Shown here in pieces: positions 9,235-19,555 of a DNA stretch of 58,824 bases. The notes under the pieces are model-generated. The model worked only from the letters and a program-made list of their open reading frames with translations. It searched no databases and was not told the DNA's origin. Location of the stretch: assembly GCA_017882165.1 (NCBI GenBank), contig JADGPZ010000004.1, forward strand, positions 1 through 58,824, read 5' to 3'. This DNA is from Candidatus Kapaibacterium sp. GTDB lineage: Bacteria > Bacteroidota > Ignavibacteria > Palsa-1295. Position 1 is the first letter of the stretch, and each line of letters begins with the position of its first letter. The position numbers and the translations under genes were made by a program.

Positions 9235-10314
9235 ATGGCTCGTTTAGCGAAATTACAGCGGATCGTAAAGGAGAAGGGATTGGACGCCCTGCTCGTCTCG
9301 CACCTGCCGCACATCCAATATCTTATTAACTATACCGGTTCGAACGGACTGCTCATCGTTCCGGCGCAGGGCAAACCGCACTTCTTCACCGATTTCCGCT
9401 ACAAGGCGCAGGTCAAGCAGGAAGTGATCGGTGCCAAGATCTCGATTGTCGAGCGCGACCGCAACATTCAGGATGCGCTCGTCGAGCGGCAGCTTTTCAG
9501 CGATTACGACTCGCTCGGATTCGAGAAGCAGCATATCTCCTATGCGCTCTTCGATTTTCTCCGCACCAAATTCCGGCACGTCAAGCTTGTGCCCGAGACC
9601 GAGATGGTCGAGAAACTCACTGTCATCAAAAGCGAGGACGAGATCCTCGTGATGAAACGCGCGGCGGAGATCACCGACAAAGTTTATGAGATCGTCACCG
9701 ATCTGATGAAGCCCGGTATGACAGAGAACGAGGTTGCGGCCGAGATCGCCTATCACACGCGCTTGCAAGGCGGCGAGCGCGATGCATTCAACATCATCGT
9801 CGCCAGCGGCGAGCGCTCCGCATTGCCGCATGGCGTGGCCACCGACAAGAAGATCCGCAAGAACGAACTCGTCACGCTCGACTTCGGCTGCGTCTATAAA
9901 GGATTCAATTCCGACATGACGCGCACCGTTTCCATGGGGCGTGTCTCGACCGAACTCCAAAAGATTTACGAGATCGTGCGGGTCTCGCAGCAGCGGACAA
10001 TCGATAAACTACACGCCGGCATGAATGCCCGCGAAGTTGATACACTCGCGCGCGATTACATCACGCTGCATGGCTACGGCTCGAAGTTCGGCCACTCGAC
10101 CGGCCACGGTCTGGGAATCGAAGTCCACGAAATGCCATCGCTCAACCAGCGCGGCGAGCGCTACAAGCTCGAACCGAATCAGGTCGTGACCATTGAGCCC
10201 GGAATTTATCTCGAAGGTATCGGCGGCGTCCGCATCGAGGACGATGTCGTCATCCGCAAAGATGGCTGCGAAGTCCTGACCTGCTCGCCGAAGGATTCGT
10301 TGAGGGTGCTGTAA
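9235..10314 (+). CDS. M24B Xaa-Pro aminopeptidase/dipeptidase
   Basis: Creatinase-like N-domain plus metal ligands (DFGCVYKGFNSDMTRT, HSTGHGLGIEVHE, EPGIY, IED). Confidence 0.9.
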   Translation: MARLAKLQRIVKEKGLDALLVSHLPHIQYLINYTGSNGLLIVPAQGKPHFFTDFRYKAQVKQEVIGAKISIVERDRNIQDALVERQLFSDYDSLGFEKQHISYALFDFLRTKFRHVKLVPETEMVEKLTVIKSEDEILVMKRAAEITDKVYEIVTDLMKPGMTENEVAAEIAYHTRLQGGERDAFNIIVASGERSALPHGVATDKKIRKNELVTLDFGCVYKGFNSDMTRTVSMGRVSTELQKIYEIVRVSQQRTIDKLHAGMNAREVDTLARDYITLHGYGSKFGHSTGHGLGIEVHEMPSLNQRGERYKLEPNQVVTIEPGIYLEGIGGVRIEDDVVIRKDGCEVLTCSPKDSLRVL

Positions 10315-10320
10315 TAGCCC

Positions 10321-10725
10321 TTACGGCACCGTCAAAAACACATGCACCGTGGTCCAGAAATCGCCGTGGGTGTCGGCGTCGTAGGTGTAGAAGGTGTAGG
10401 TTGCGTTGTGCGGGCCGGTGGCTGTTCCCGGTTTGCCGGAGAACGTGATGGTGTGGGTTGTGACCGAGTCCTTGTATCCCTCTTTCGGAGTCACAAGAAT
10501 CGCGGCAGTGTCGCCGGTGGTCACGACCGAGTCGAAGATGAACGTACAGCCGCAATTAAGCCTGAGTGAGACTGCGCCGCTCGCCGCAAGTCCGGCCAGA
10601 GTGACGGTATCCGGCGTCGCCACGAGGGCGTTCGGCGTGGTCGTGTCGTTGACCGAAGGCGCGCAGGAATTGAGCGAAGCAATTAGAAGAAGTCCAATTG
10701 CGAGAGGGTATAGGGTATAGCGCAT
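10321..10725 (-). CDS. small lipoprotein, function unknown
   Basis: ATG at 10723-10725 gives MRYTLYPLAIGLLLIASLNSC (signal peptide plus lipobox). The longer ORF-track N-terminus is a read-through of a repeat. Confidence 0.6.
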   Translation of the reverse strand: MRYTLYPLAIGLLLIASLNSCAPSVNDTTTPNALVATPDTVTLAGLAASGAVSLRLNCGCTFIFDSVVTTGDTAAILVTPKEGYKDSVTTHTITFSGKPGTATGPHNATYTFYTYDADTHGDFWTTVHVFLTVP

Positions 10726-10774
10726 AGGGTATAGAAATCGAGTGTTATACCCTAAACCCCAAACCCTATACCCT
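10706..10774. repeat. heptamer hairpin array (GGGTATA direct x3, TATACCC inverted x2)
   Basis: GGGTATAG at 10706, 10713 and 10727; (C)TATACCC at 10746 and 10766. Lies in the divergent region between the lipoprotein gene and recO and overlaps the first codons of the lipoprotein. Confidence 0.85.
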
Positions 10775-10798
10775 TTGTTCACGGAGCAGGAACACCTG

Positions 10799-11449
10799 AT
10801 GATAGTAGAATCCGAAGCCATCGTACTCCGCGCCCGGAAGCAGGGCGAGACGTCCAAGATCGTTACGCTCTACACGCGCGCCTTCGGGAAGGTGAACGTG
10901 ATCGCCAAGGGCGCCCGCGAACTGAAGAGCAAGTTCGGCGGCGCTCTGGAGATGTTCGCGCGGGCGAATGTCGTCTTCTATAAGAAGGAGCGACCCGAGG
11001 CCGGACTCTATTTGCTTTCGAAAGCCGATCTTCAGGATTCGAACGGCCCGATCCTGAAGAATCTTGACAAAATCGAGTCGGCGACGGCCATGATCGAGCT
11101 GGTCCTCCGTGCCATGCACGATGAAGAGGAGCATCCGGAGGTATTCGATCTGCTTAGTTCAGCCCTGGCGGAGCTATCACGCTCGGACGAGAACCCGCTG
11201 ATCGCCCAATTCCGGTTCAATCTGGCGTTTCTCAGGATCATGGGGTTCGAACTGGGGGCCGAGGCGGCGCGGTCGCTCTCGGCAGCGGCTAATGAATTTT
11301 TCCGGAACATCCTTGAAGGGGCGAGGCCAAATCTGCCGGCGGGGCTTGAGAACGAGCTTCAGAGCTTCTTCCGGGCTTACTTCGCCGAGCATCTTTCGGG
11401 GATGAATCCCCGCTCCATGCGGAGCGGGGCTGTGTTTTCAAGAATGTGA
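10799..11449 (+). CDS. recO: DNA repair protein RecO
   Basis: MIVESEAIVLRARKQGETSKIVTLYTRAFGKVNVIAKGAR is a typical RecO OB-fold N-terminus. The start was moved to the ATG at 10799, downstream of the repeat array. Confidence 0.9.
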   Translation: MIVESEAIVLRARKQGETSKIVTLYTRAFGKVNVIAKGARELKSKFGGALEMFARANVVFYKKERPEAGLYLLSKADLQDSNGPILKNLDKIESATAMIELVLRAMHDEEEHPEVFDLLSSALAELSRSDENPLIAQFRFNLAFLRIMGFELGAEAARSLSAAANEFFRNILEGARPNLPAGLENELQSFFRAYFAEHLSGMNPRSMRSGAVFSRM

Positions 11450-11527
11450 ATGGACAAAATGGACCCGATGGACCTCATGGACAGACTCCGAAGCCTCCAT
11501 TTTGTCCATTACGTCCATATTGTCCAT
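11450..11527. repeat. nonamer hairpin array (4x ATGGACnnn, loop, 4x nnnGTCCAT)
   Basis: ATGGAC at 11450, 11459, 11468 and 11477; (G)TCCAT at 11496, 11504, 11513 and 11522. Exact 9-nt phasing, immediately after the recO stop. Confidence 0.9.
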
Positions 11528-11639
11528 ACGGAGATCGTATGAGTGGGAACATAAGCCCCCTCAAAAGCTTTACGCACAGGCATTTTACCCGGCATAGCCA
11601 ACGCTATCGGGGTCTATTGACGGCATTTATCGTTCAATT

Positions 11640-13634
11640 GTGAAAAAGAACCGCGCCAAGATTATCCTTATCCTGCTTTTTATCGCGGGAGCTATTTACG
11701 CGCTCTACCCGACCTACGAGTCGACGAAAATGAAGGGCGAACTCGACGAGTTCGGCACTTCCGCGAGCGATTCCGTGAAACGAGTCCATTGGCTCGCCCA
11801 GAACGGCGATGACCTGAAGACCGCCAACGCCAAGGCGATCAAGCTGGGTCTCGATCTGCGCGGCGGCATCTACGTGACGATGGAGGTGGACGTGCTGAAG
11901 TTCATTGAAGAGCAGGCGCTGCAACACGACGACCTGCTGGATTCCGTCCTTCACGTGACCGAGCGCGAAGAAGCGACGACCGAGAATCCGATCGTGCCGC
12001 TCTTCGTCCAGCATTTTAACGAGATCGCAAAGCCGAGAAGTAAGTCGCTGGCGAATTACTTCTACTTTGCCGAGGCCGGCAATGGCGATGACAAGAGCAT
12101 CCAGGCCGCATTGCAGAAAGGCGTGGATGAAGCCGTCGATCGCGCCATTGAGATTATCCGCAACCGCGTCGATCAGTTCGGACTCACCGAGCTGACCATT
12201 CAGAAGCAAGGCTCTCGCCGCATCATCATCGAGCTTCCGGGCGGACAGGACGTGAATCAGGTTCACCAACTCCTCTCTGGAACGGCACAGCTTGAGTTCC
12301 GCGTCCTGAAGGATCCGGAGATCGTCAAGAAAGTCCTCGACCGTATTGATAAGCATTTGAAGGGCGACACCTCACTTGCCTACGTCACCAAGAAGGACAC
12401 GACGAAGACGGATTCCTCTAGAATGGCTGAGGCCAAGAAGACAGACAGTGCCAAGACTGCAACCAAGGACACCAGTGCCTCGACTGCCACGGCCGCGCTC
12501 AACCCTGAGGACTCCGCCCACCGCGCCGATTCACTTGCCGAGGTCGGTATGACACAGGAGCAGAAGATCGCGCACTACGTAAAGGGACATCCGTTCACAT
12601 CGATCCTGATGAAGGGCGCCGATCAGAAGAGCGGTAGCATCTATGTAAGCGATTCCGACCGCACGATCGTCAAGCGCATTCTCGCGCGGCCGGATGTCCG
12701 TCCGCTCTATGCCGACGAAGTCAGTTTCATGTTCAGCCGGCCCATTCCGGAAAAGAACGTGACGTTCTATCAACTTTACTTCCTTGCCGCGCAGCCGGAA
12801 TTGACTGGTAAAGTTATCGTTGATGCCCGCGCGGACATCGACCAGCAGACCGGCCACCCGGAGGTTTCGATGCAGATGGATGACGATGGCGCGCACGTCT
12901 GGCGCCGCGTCACCAAAGCGAATATCAACAAGCAGGTCGCGATCACGCTCGACAGCGTTGTCTATTCCGCCCCTAAGGTGCTCGGTGAGATTCCGAGCGG
13001 CAATTCGCAGATTACCGGCATCGGCGATATGACCGAGGCGAACATGCTCAAGATCGTGCTCAAGGCAGGCGCGCTGCCGGCACCGGTCAAGATCATTCAA
13101 GAGTCGGTCGTCGGCCCCTCGCTCGGAGCGGACTCGATCTCGAAGGGCACGTGGTCGATCGTCTGGAGCTTCGTAGTCGTCATGATCTTCATGGCATTCT
13201 ATTATGTCACAGGTGGACTCGTTGCCGACATGGCGGTGCTCATCAACCTGCTGATCACGATGGCGGTGCTCTCGACGTTTGGTGCGACGCTGACGCTGCC
13301 CGGTATGGCGGGGCTTGTGCTCACGGTCGGTATCGCGGTCGATGCCAACGTGCTGATCTACGAACGTATTCGAGAAGAGCTGAGCCTCGGTAAATCGCTG
13401 AAACTCGCGATGGACGATGGCTATCATCGCGCGTTCCCGCCGATCTTCGACGGCCATTTAACGGCATTCTTCTCCGGCGTGATTTTGTATGCGTTCGGAA
13501 CCGGCACAGTGCAGGGCTTTGCTGTCACACTGATGATCGGCGTATCGGCCTCGCTCTTCACGGCGATCGTAATCACGCGTGTGATCTTCGATCTTCTCAT
13601 GGAGCGGAATCAGGAAATGATCAAGTTTGGATAA
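11640..13634 (+). CDS. secD: protein translocase subunit SecD
   Basis: GTG start, N-terminal TM helix, large periplasmic domain, C-terminal 5-TM block with VGPSLG and LTLPGMAGLVLTVGIAVDANVLIYERIREE. Confidence 0.95.
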   Translation: MKKNRAKIILILLFIAGAIYALYPTYESTKMKGELDEFGTSASDSVKRVHWLAQNGDDLKTANAKAIKLGLDLRGGIYVTMEVDVLKFIEEQALQHDDLLDSVLHVTEREEATTENPIVPLFVQHFNEIAKPRSKSLANYFYFAEAGNGDDKSIQAALQKGVDEAVDRAIEIIRNRVDQFGLTELTIQKQGSRRIIIELPGGQDVNQVHQLLSGTAQLEFRVLKDPEIVKKVLDRIDKHLKGDTSLAYVTKKDTTKTDSSRMAEAKKTDSAKTATKDTSASTATAALNPEDSAHRADSLAEVGMTQEQKIAHYVKGHPFTSILMKGADQKSGSIYVSDSDRTIVKRILARPDVRPLYADEVSFMFSRPIPEKNVTFYQLYFLAAQPELTGKVIVDARADIDQQTGHPEVSMQMDDDGAHVWRRVTKANINKQVAITLDSVVYSAPKVLGEIPSGNSQITGIGDMTEANMLKIVLKAGALPAPVKIIQESVVGPSLGADSISKGTWSIVWSFVVVMIFMAFYYVTGGLVADMAVLINLLITMAVLSTFGATLTLPGMAGLVLTVGIAVDANVLIYERIREELSLGKSLKLAMDDGYHRAFPPIFDGHLTAFFSGVILYAFGTGTVQGFAVTLMIGVSASLFTAIVITRVIFDLLMERNQEMIKFG

Positions 13635-13640
13635 GGTTTG

Positions 13641-13692
13641 TAGGGACGTGCGGCGCACGTCCCTCGCATAGGACGTACACTGTACGTCCCTA
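13641..13692. repeat. twin GC-rich hairpins (GGGACGTGC family) in the secD-secF spacer
   Basis: GGGACGTGC-ggc-GCACGTCCC (13643-13663) and GGACGTAC-act-GTACGTCC (13671-13689). Related copies at 26409-26490. Confidence 0.85.
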
Positions 13693-13703
13693 CTAAGAGA
13701 GCT

Positions 13704-14693
13704 ATGCATTTTTTTCGTAAGACTTCAATAGATTTTATCGGGAAGCGGCGCACGTGGTACGTCGTTTCGACTGCCGTCACAGTGATTGGCGTCATCTGGG
13801 CGCTCGTTCGCGGCGTCGAGTATGGCATCGACTTCGCCGGTGGCACCGAAGTGCAACTTCAATTCCAGAAGAACGTCAGCATCGAGCAGATGCGCGGAGC
13901 GCTGGACGCTGCGGGGATTCGCGGCGCGGAAGTGAAGTACTACGGTCGTGACGAGTCCGGCGTGCTCGTCCGGGTGCGCGAAGGTGCTCAGGGAGCACAG
14001 GCTGGCGCGGAAGCGACCAAGAAGGTGTTGGCTGCGGTCGAGACGGGATTCTCGGGTAACAAGTCTCAGCTTCTGCAGGAGCAGCACATCGGTCCGAAGA
14101 TCGGAGCGGAACTCAGATCGAAAGCCGTTTGGGCGGTCTTCTTCACCTGCGTCGTCATCTTGTTCTATCTCACGTTCCGGTTCCGGTTCGTCTATGGAAT
14201 GGGGGCCGTCATCGCGATCGTGCATGATGTGCTCGTTGCGTTCGCATTCGCTGTGGTGTGCAATGGCATCTGGCCGTGGCTGAATCTCGAGATGAACTCG
14301 ACGCTGCTTGCGGCTTTCCTTACGATCGTCGGATTCTCGGTCAACGATACCGTTATCATCTTCGACCGTATCCGTGAGGACCAGCGCAAGTATAAAGGCC
14401 AGACTCTCAAGGAGATCATGAACCGCGCCATCAATGAGACGCTGCCGCGAACGGTAATCACGTCGGGCACAGTGTTCCTCACGCTGCTCGTGCTCTTTAT
14501 CTGGGGCGGCGAGGTGCTGCGTGGCTTTGCGTTTACGATGCTCATCGGCGTTATCACCGGGACGTATTCCTCGATCTTCGTGGCCAGCGCCATCGCGTTT
14601 GATTGGCTCGAACGAGACAAGTCGAAGTCGATACCAGTTACGGCAAACGTGCGCAGCCGCAAATCGGCCGGGCAGGTCGCTGCTACGGCCTGA
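13704..14693 (+). CDS. secF: protein translocase subunit SecF
   Basis: IDFIGKRRTWYVVS...GIDFAGGTEV and the C-terminal 6-TM SecDF block. Confidence 0.95.
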   Translation: MHFFRKTSIDFIGKRRTWYVVSTAVTVIGVIWALVRGVEYGIDFAGGTEVQLQFQKNVSIEQMRGALDAAGIRGAEVKYYGRDESGVLVRVREGAQGAQAGAEATKKVLAAVETGFSGNKSQLLQEQHIGPKIGAELRSKAVWAVFFTCVVILFYLTFRFRFVYGMGAVIAIVHDVLVAFAFAVVCNGIWPWLNLEMNSTLLAAFLTIVGFSVNDTVIIFDRIREDQRKYKGQTLKEIMNRAINETLPRTVITSGTVFLTLLVLFIWGGEVLRGFAFTMLIGVITGTYSSIFVASAIAFDWLERDKSKSIPVTANVRSRKSAGQVAATA

Positions 14694-14732
14694 GGCGACG
14701 GCCTGAATTAATCTCTCTGGGCTGAGCGTTCT

Positions 14733-15047
14733 TTGGGCATGACCTCATCTTTCAACTCTACGCCGGATAGGCTGACCGTCTCGCTCTCGGGCGATCTCAT
14801 CGGCGGTTCCGATGCAATGACGTTCGCAATCGAGCTGCGCGACAAGCTCGCGCACCACACACCGAAGCGCGTCGTGGTCGATGCCGCACAGGTCGGATTC
14901 GTCAATAGCTCCGGCTTGGGGATGCTCATCGCCGCGCGTCAGTCCACGCTCGAACATGGAGCGGAGTTCACGCTGGCATCGCCAGCCATCCAGCTCAAAA
15001 GCCTGCTGAACGTGACGAAGCTTACGGAGCTGATGGGCGCGACCTGA
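14733..15047 (+). CDS. STAS-domain protein (anti-sigma-factor antagonist-like)
   Basis: 104 aa. The VDAAQVGFVNSSGLGMLI core is typical of SpoIIAA/RsbV-like STAS domains. No partner kinase or phosphatase lies nearby. Confidence 0.8.
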   Translation: MGMTSSFNSTPDRLTVSLSGDLIGGSDAMTFAIELRDKLAHHTPKRVVVDAAQVGFVNSSGLGMLIAARQSTLEHGAEFTLASPAIQLKSLLNVTKLTELMGAT

Positions 15048-15163
15048 TCGCTGGCGCAAACGAACTTATCAATTATTCGCTTGTTTTAAGCCCGGCTCAT
15101 TAATGGGCGGCCCATTCATGGGTTGAAAAAACTGCCGCGATGAATTCTCAGGTGAGAGCGTAG

Positions 15164-16507
<1,344 letters not shown>

Positions 16508-16558
16508 GATTAGTCTCGGCGTAGGATTCGCCTCCTCATATTTCGTAACTTTGTAGCC

Positions 16559-18205
16559 ATGAACCGACGACACTTCCTTCAGGGCGCCCTGGCAACGGGC
16601 GCGCTCTCACTTGCAAGTATAGACCGCGTGGCGCAGGCTTCCAGCCTGCGCGCGGCAAAAATGGCCGCGCCACGGTACGATAATCCTCTATCCAAACCCG
16701 GCAAGACCGAACAAGATCTCTGCGACACACTCATCGCCCACGCGAAATCGCTCGGCGCGACGTATTGCGACGTCCGGTTAGTGCGGATGCTCTCGCAATC
16801 GGTGACGGCGCGGAATAACATCATCACGGGACTCTCGGATAACGAGTCTTATGGTATGGGCATCCGCGTCATCAAGAACGGAACGTGGGGCTTTGCCGGT
16901 ACGCGCGAGGTGAACGACGCGAGTGGTAAGATGGCCGTCGCAGAGGCGATCACGATTGCCGAAAGCAACTCGAAGATTCAGGCAGTCCCGCTCGATCTCG
17001 CCCCCGTTGCTGCGGTTACTGCCGAGTGGACCACGCCAATCAAGAAGAACCCGTTCGAAGTCTCCTTCAAAGACCGCGCGCAGTTCCTGCTCGATATGCA
17101 CGCGCTTGGAGCAAGCGTCCAGCTCGGTGGCAACAAGCTCACGCTCAACTCTGATTTGCGTTGCGTCCGCGAGGAGAAGTATTTCGCTTCGAGCGAAGGC
17201 TCGAAGATCTGGCAGGAGGTTACGCGGATCGATCCCTCGACTTGGGCGACGGTTGCCGATCCCGTAAAAGGCGAGTTTGCGTCGCGTGCCCTATTCGTGC
17301 TGCCGCAAGGGCGAGGATTCGAATACGTTGAAGAATATCCCTACAAGGACGAAATTAAGGAAGCGGCACAAGAAGCACAGGAGAAGTTGACAGCGACGCC
17401 AGTTGAGCCGGGCAAATACGATCTCGTGCTTCATCCGACGCATCTCTGGCTCACGATCCACGAGTCGATCGGACACCCGACGGAGCTCGATCGCATCCTC
17501 GGGTACGAGGCGAACTTTGCCGGCACGAGCTTCCTGCCCACTGAAAAATGGAATGGCTACAGCTATGGGTCGTCCTACATGACGATCGTGGCAGACCGCA
17601 CACAGGAAGGTGCGCTTGCGACCGTTGGCTACGACGATGATGGCGTGCCAGCGCAGTCGTATCCGCTGATCGAAAAGGGAGAGCTCCTCGCGGTGCAGAC
17701 AACGCGCGAGCAAGCCAAGATGATCGGTGAGAAGACTTCGCGCGGCCAGAGCTACGCCGAAGGCTGGTGGAACACGCCGTTCCAGCGGATGCCGAACGTA
17801 AGCCTTCAGCCGAGCACGAAGCCGATGTCGCAAGAAGACATTATCAAGGATACCGGCAAAGGGATCTTCATCAAGGGCAATTCGAGTTACTCGATCGATC
17901 AGCAACGATACAATTTCCAGTTCACCGGACAAGTGGCTTATGCGATTCAGGATGGCAAGCTGGGCCACATGCTGCGCGACGTGGCCTATTACGGCAAGAC
18001 CACAAAGTTTTGGGATAACCTCGATGCCATTGGCGATCAGACGACATACATGATCGGTGGCGCGATGTACGATGGCAAAGGCGAGCCGATGCAATGCAAT
18101 CCTGTATCACATGGCTGCCCCGTAGCCCGATTCTCGAATCAGCGTGTCATCAACACACGGCAGCAATCGGCCAACAGCAAGAAAGGAATGCTGGACTATG
18201 AGTAA
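16559..18205 (+). CDS. tldD: TldD-family metallopeptidase with twin-arginine signal
   Basis: N-terminus MNRRHFLQGALATGALSLA (Tat motif). HESIGHPTELDR (HExxxH) metal site. TldD/PmbA fold motifs near the C-terminus. Confidence 0.9.
   Translation: MNRRHFLQGALATGALSLASIDRVAQASSLRAAKMAAPRYDNPLSKPGKTEQDLCDTLIAHAKSLGATYCDVRLVRMLSQSVTARNNIITGLSDNESYGMGIRVIKNGTWGFAGTREVNDASGKMAVAEAITIAESNSKIQAVPLDLAPVAAVTAEWTTPIKKNPFEVSFKDRAQFLLDMHALGASVQLGGNKLTLNSDLRCVREEKYFASSEGSKIWQEVTRIDPSTWATVADPVKGEFASRALFVLPQGRGFEYVEEYPYKDEIKEAAQEAQEKLTATPVEPGKYDLVLHPTHLWLTIHESIGHPTELDRILGYEANFAGTSFLPTEKWNGYSYGSSYMTIVADRTQEGALATVGYDDDGVPAQSYPLIEKGELLAVQTTREQAKMIGEKTSRGQSYAEGWWNTPFQRMPNVSLQPSTKPMSQEDIIKDTGKGIFIKGNSSYSIDQQRYNFQFTGQVAYAIQDGKLGHMLRDVAYYGKTTKFWDNLDAIGDQTTYMIGGAMYDGKGEPMQCNPVSHGCPVARFSNQRVINTRQQSANSKKGMLDYE
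16637..16684 (+). repeat. GC-rich palindromic element inserted in frame in tldD (copy 1)
   Basis: CGTGGCGCAGGCTTCCAGCCTGCG is identical over 24 nt to 44713-44736. Terminal inverted CGTGGCGC/GCGCCACG. Encodes VAQASSLRAAKMAAPR just after the Tat signal. Confidence 0.85.
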
Positions 18206-19550
18206 CCTTCTCGATCTCGACGAATTACAGGCGCTTGGCAAAAAGATTCTGAGCCACTCGAAGTCGGAGTGGGCCGAGGTTTCGCTCGGCAGCAGTCACG
18301 TTGCGAATCTCCGGTATGCGGCAAACACCGTGACGACGAGCGGTTCGTACACCAACACCTCGGTCGACATCACGGCCGTCAACGGCAAGCGAGCCGGGTC
18401 CGTCTCGACGAACGATCTTTCGGACGATGGGTTGCGCCGTGCGGTTGCGCGCGCCGAAGAAATCGCGGCTCTCGCGCCGGAGAACGAAGAGCTTGCGCTG
18501 CCCCTTGCGGTGAAGCAGGCCTATCCGAAATCGTCTGCATACGACGCTCGCTCGACCGATCTTTCGTGGGCGGCCGAACAGCGGTCGAAGATTGCTGGCA
18601 ACGCGATCAAAGAGGCGAACGCGCACAACCTCAAGACGGCCGGCTTCCTCGAGTCGGGCGTTCACCACAGCGTCTATCGCAATTCGAAGGGAATCATCGC
18701 GGCCGATAAGCACACGCGCACGACGTTCTCGACAACGATGCGCAACGCCGAAGGCAGGTCGAGCGGATGGAACAAGCGCGCCTCGCATGCAATCTCGCTA
18801 CTCGATGCGCAAAGCGCGATCCTGCGCGCAAGCGAAAAGTGTGTGGCATGGGAAAGCCCGAAGAGTATGGATGCGGGCGTCTATAAGGCGATCCTGGAAC
18901 CAAGCGCTGCCGCCGATCTCCTGCAGCACTTCGTCTGGGGGCTCGATGCGCGCGAGGCCGAGGAAGGCCGCAGTGCGTTCTCCCGACCCAATGGCACGAC
19001 GGCGCTTGGCTCGCAGGTTGTTGGCGAGAAAGTCCACATTTATAGCGATCCTTCGCATCCGCTTGTGCCGAGCGGTACGTATGGCGAGAGTGGTTTAGCC
19101 GTGCCATCAACGGAGTGGGTCGCGGGCGGCAAACTGATGAATTTGTCTCGCAGCAGATTTTGGGCTGGCAAATCTGGTAAGGATCCGCGACCCGGTCCGA
19201 CCAACCTCATCATGGATGGCGGCGGAATGCTGCCCGAAGATTTTCTCACCACGCTGCACGAGGGCTTGCTCATTACAAGCTTCTGGTATATCCGCGATCT
19301 CGACAACCAAACGCTGCTCAAGACCGGCCTGACGCGCGATGGACTCTATTGGGTCGAGGACGGCAAGATTCAGTACGGCGTCTCGAACTTCCGCTGGAAC
19401 GAGTCACCGATCACGGTACTGCAGAACGTCATCGACTTCTCGAAACCCGTCGTCACAGCTCCGCGCGATGGCTGGGACGGCATGCCAATGTACGTGCCGA
19501 CGATCTACGTGAGCGGGTTTAATTTTGCGTCGCAGTCGGATGCGGTGTAA
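18198..19550 (+). CDS. pmbA: PmbA/TldE-family metallopeptidase partner (no signal peptide)
   Basis: The ATG at 18198 overlaps the tldD stop (ATGAGTAA). TldD/PmbA-family sequence without HExxxH. Confidence 0.85.
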   Translation: MSNLLDLDELQALGKKILSHSKSEWAEVSLGSSHVANLRYAANTVTTSGSYTNTSVDITAVNGKRAGSVSTNDLSDDGLRRAVARAEEIAALAPENEELALPLAVKQAYPKSSAYDARSTDLSWAAEQRSKIAGNAIKEANAHNLKTAGFLESGVHHSVYRNSKGIIAADKHTRTTFSTTMRNAEGRSSGWNKRASHAISLLDAQSAILRASEKCVAWESPKSMDAGVYKAILEPSAAADLLQHFVWGLDAREAEEGRSAFSRPNGTTALGSQVVGEKVHIYSDPSHPLVPSGTYGESGLAVPSTEWVAGGKLMNLSRSRFWAGKSGKDPRPGPTNLIMDGGGMLPEDFLTTLHEGLLITSFWYIRDLDNQTLLKTGLTRDGLYWVEDGKIQYGVSNFRWNESPITVLQNVIDFSKPVVTAPRDGWDGMPMYVPTIYVSGFNFASQSDAV

Positions 19551-19555
19551 CCCCG

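Noticed and set aside
11446-11643. 65-aa ORF MNGQNGPDGPHGQ…
   Set aside because: It is simply the translation of the ATGGAC/GTCCAT nonamer array. There is no start context and no protein-like composition.
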